Assembly: GCF_001194135.2 (NCBI RefSeq)
Contig: NC_069000.1
Location: 9,299,843 to 9,363,842, forward strand
From: Octopus bimaculoides
Taxonomy: Eukaryota
DNA length: 64,000 nt
Direction of reading: 5' to 3'
Made by a program: the position numbers and the translations under genes. Within the stretch, counting starts at the first letter, position 1. Every line of letters begins with the position of its first letter. The notes under the pieces are model-generated. The model made no database searches. It worked only from the letters and a program-made list of their open reading frames with translations, and was not told the DNA's origin. Of the stretch, positions 61,771 to 64,000 are shown piece by piece.

Positions 61771-62603
61771 GAAGATTACATTAACTTTTTTAACAGTGAT
61801 TTTAGGAATATTTGACTATTACTTCAAGCTGCTTCATTGAATATATAGTGGTTCTATCATCAGCTTCTATGTATGTGTGTATAAGCATCTACGAGAAAAA
61901 GATAATGTATATGGGTATGTTTTGCAAGGAATATGAAGAGGGATGCTTCTATAATAATAAAATAGATAATCGTTCAAATTTATTTTCACTGCTTTAGTGT
62001 TACAAAAATATTTTTTCACTTTTCAATATAGTTTTGAAATTGATTGGAAATATATATTTTCTCAATATCTATGTTTGTGTTTGTAGAATTCAGCAAAAAT
62101 ACAACAAAACAATAATGATATACAACATATTAGTGAGAATCAATTGTACATTCAGAATCAATTGTATTTTACTCACTAAATATTTTTAAAAATTCATATT
62201 TCCTTTCTGTGTTCAGCTATATTATTAAAATTTATCTCAATATGATTTTCAACATTTTTCCCCATAGTTTGTTTTTATCATTCTTGCACTAATACTGTCA
62301 TGTAGATACACTTAAATGCACTTGAAAAGGGAAAAAAATGTTTATGTTTAATACTTAACTGCTAAATCTTTTTTTATGTGCATCTATTTTTGCTTCAAAG
62401 TTGACTGGATAACCATAGGAAGGGCATCCAGCTATTTTTCAACTGTATGCGAAGAATATCTCAGCAATACAAGTATAGGGGAAAACGATGTAAAGCAGTA
62501 AGCAAAGTTATATGAGAAACTGATAGTAATTGTTTGATAACCATAAATAAAAATTATAAATTGCTCAACAGAAGGTATTTTATAAAGAAAGAGATTAGTT
62601 TAA

Positions 62604-62822
62604 CTCTTTCGTTACTGTATTTATTTTGAGATGCTTTGTGTCTTTCAATTACTTTAAATATAACAAAGAATTTAGTAAAATAACTTTGTTATCATTTAGC
62701 TAGTGTTAGGAACTTAAATTGTGACTAAGGTTTGGTCAAATATTTTAATTCAGAAGTTTAGAAAACAAGACATTTGTACTACAGAGCCAGAGTCGATTTC
62801 AGCCGGGTTGGTAACGAAAGGG
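62604..62822. mobile_element. MITE with TTAA target-site duplication (piggyBac-type termini), 219 bp
   Basis: TTAA (62600-62603), left TIR CTCTTTCGTTAC, right TIR GTAACGAAAGGG, then TTAA (62823-62826). TIR identity is 11/12. Confidence 0.9.
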
Positions 62823-62829
62823 TTAAGTG

Positions 62830-63230
62830 CTTATCAAACATACAACCACTAGAATGACAAACCCACTACTCATCAAAACCTTTCATCCTCTGCTCAATAT
62901 CATACTGTCTTTACTCTAGTTTTTCTAGCACAAGCATAATAAACAGCTTCTGTTCTTTAGAACGTTCTCTGTACATACCAGCTTTATTTGAATTGACTTT
63001 TTACACCCACTCTCTTGTCATCACTTCTACTCAGTTTCTCTTCCTCACCAGATATTATGTGCAGTTCTTCATTCCAAAGAGTACCACTCAACAACTCACT
63101 TCCTGCAATATAATAACCTCCTACTTTGCAACTATTGTATTAACAACACTTAAGTGATTCTTCCCTAATATCTGATGCAAAAGGCCCTCCCATACTCAAC
63201 ATGCAATGCTTCTCCTTCATAGTAATGCCA
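62830..63230 (-). mobile_element. RTE ORF2 linker fragment (between endonuclease and RT)
   Basis: Minus-strand TLWNEEL and ...YACARKTRVK...AEDER resemble WWNEEV and Y..AR..A...V...EDQR segments. Confidence 0.4.
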
Positions 63231-63344
63231 ATAAAATTTTACACGCACACACACACACACACACACATTGTAACTTACAAAAGAATATGAATGTTATTCT
63301 GAAAAAATACACTGTGAATGATTTTATTATCATTATTATTATTA

Positions 63345-63480
63345 TTCAGAAATCGATTTTACTTTTCATCCTCTCGGGGTCAACGAAATAGATACTAGCT
63401 GAGAACTGAGGTTGATGTAAATGATTACCCCCCCCCCTCCAATTTTTCAGGCCTTCTGCCTATAGTAGAAAGGATTATTA
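63345..63480 (+). mobile_element. SINE family B, 3' part with (ATT) tail
   Basis: GATTTTACTTTTCATCCTCTCGGGGTCAACGAAATAGATACTAG...GGTTGATGTAAATGATTACCCCCCC...TTTTCAGGCCTTCTGCCTATAGTAGAAAGGATTATT. Confidence 0.8.
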
Positions 63481-64000
63481 CTACTATTAAGAGTAACAGT
63501 TTATGGTGTACATGAAGCACAAACATAACTCTGAGATCAGCAACATCTCACCAAAAAGTGCCTGACATATTTTATGTAATAAAACACATACGCAATTAAT
63601 GTTTTCAAAAACTTGGAAGGGAGAGGGTTGAAAAGAACAATTTAAAAAAATATATTCCAAAAAAGTTATATTCAATTAATAACAGCCTATTTTTATTCAT
63701 ATTCAATATTGTATTTTGTTTAAATATTGATTAATGTAACTAAGTATACATTCAGAGATAACACAATCAATATGAACACATTTTGTGTATTGTATGATGA
63801 CAAATCTATCCACCTATATTGATTTCATAAATATATGACCAAATATTAATTGATGAGAGATAAGGGAGTTTTGTGACATTCACTTTTTCCCTATTGAAGC
63901 ACTAGAAACTGTTACAACCAGAATGGAAACTGGCTTTCAGGTTTAATTGAGAGTTTACCATTCTCACACTCAGGCATGATTTCTTTTCCAAAAGTATATG

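Noticed and set aside
1021-63391. Numerous ORFs rich in HTHT, YIYI, CVCV or SLSL
   Set aside because: They are translations of (CA)n, (TA)n, (GT)n and (CT)n microsatellites, not proteins.

Overview
This is AT-rich eukaryotic DNA, very dense in microsatellites, with three assembly gaps (N runs). The SINE families, RTE-type (GAT)n tails and (CA)n/(TA)n load resemble an octopus (coleoid cephalopod) genome. That assignment is an inference from remembered repeat motifs, not a database result. I found no intact host protein-coding gene, rRNA, true tRNA gene or CRISPR array. Most listed ORFs are artefacts of microsatellites, N runs or SINEs. The recognisable content is decayed transposable elements. 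DNA transposons: a nearly intact catalytic domain of a DD41D (rosa/Visitor-type) Tc1/mariner, a DD34D mariner fragment with a related MITE, two pogo/Tigger fragments, a piggyBac relic and TTAA-flanked MITEs. Retroelements: fragments of RTE, L1/Tx1-like, CR1/L2/Jockey-group and R4/Dong-like LINEs, plus many tRNA-derived SINEs. The most interesting observations concern modular non-autonomous retroelements: one RTE-type 3' tail on several unrelated bodies, an RTE-derived 42-bp minisatellite, and a ~300-bp RTE reduced to its 5' leader plus 3' end. A few splice-consensus micro-exon candidates and CpG decay in the repeats hint that the window lies in an intron of a large gene. I cannot support a new multi-gene biological system here. 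TE family calls come from hand translation and remembered family motifs, and boundaries of decayed elements are approximate.
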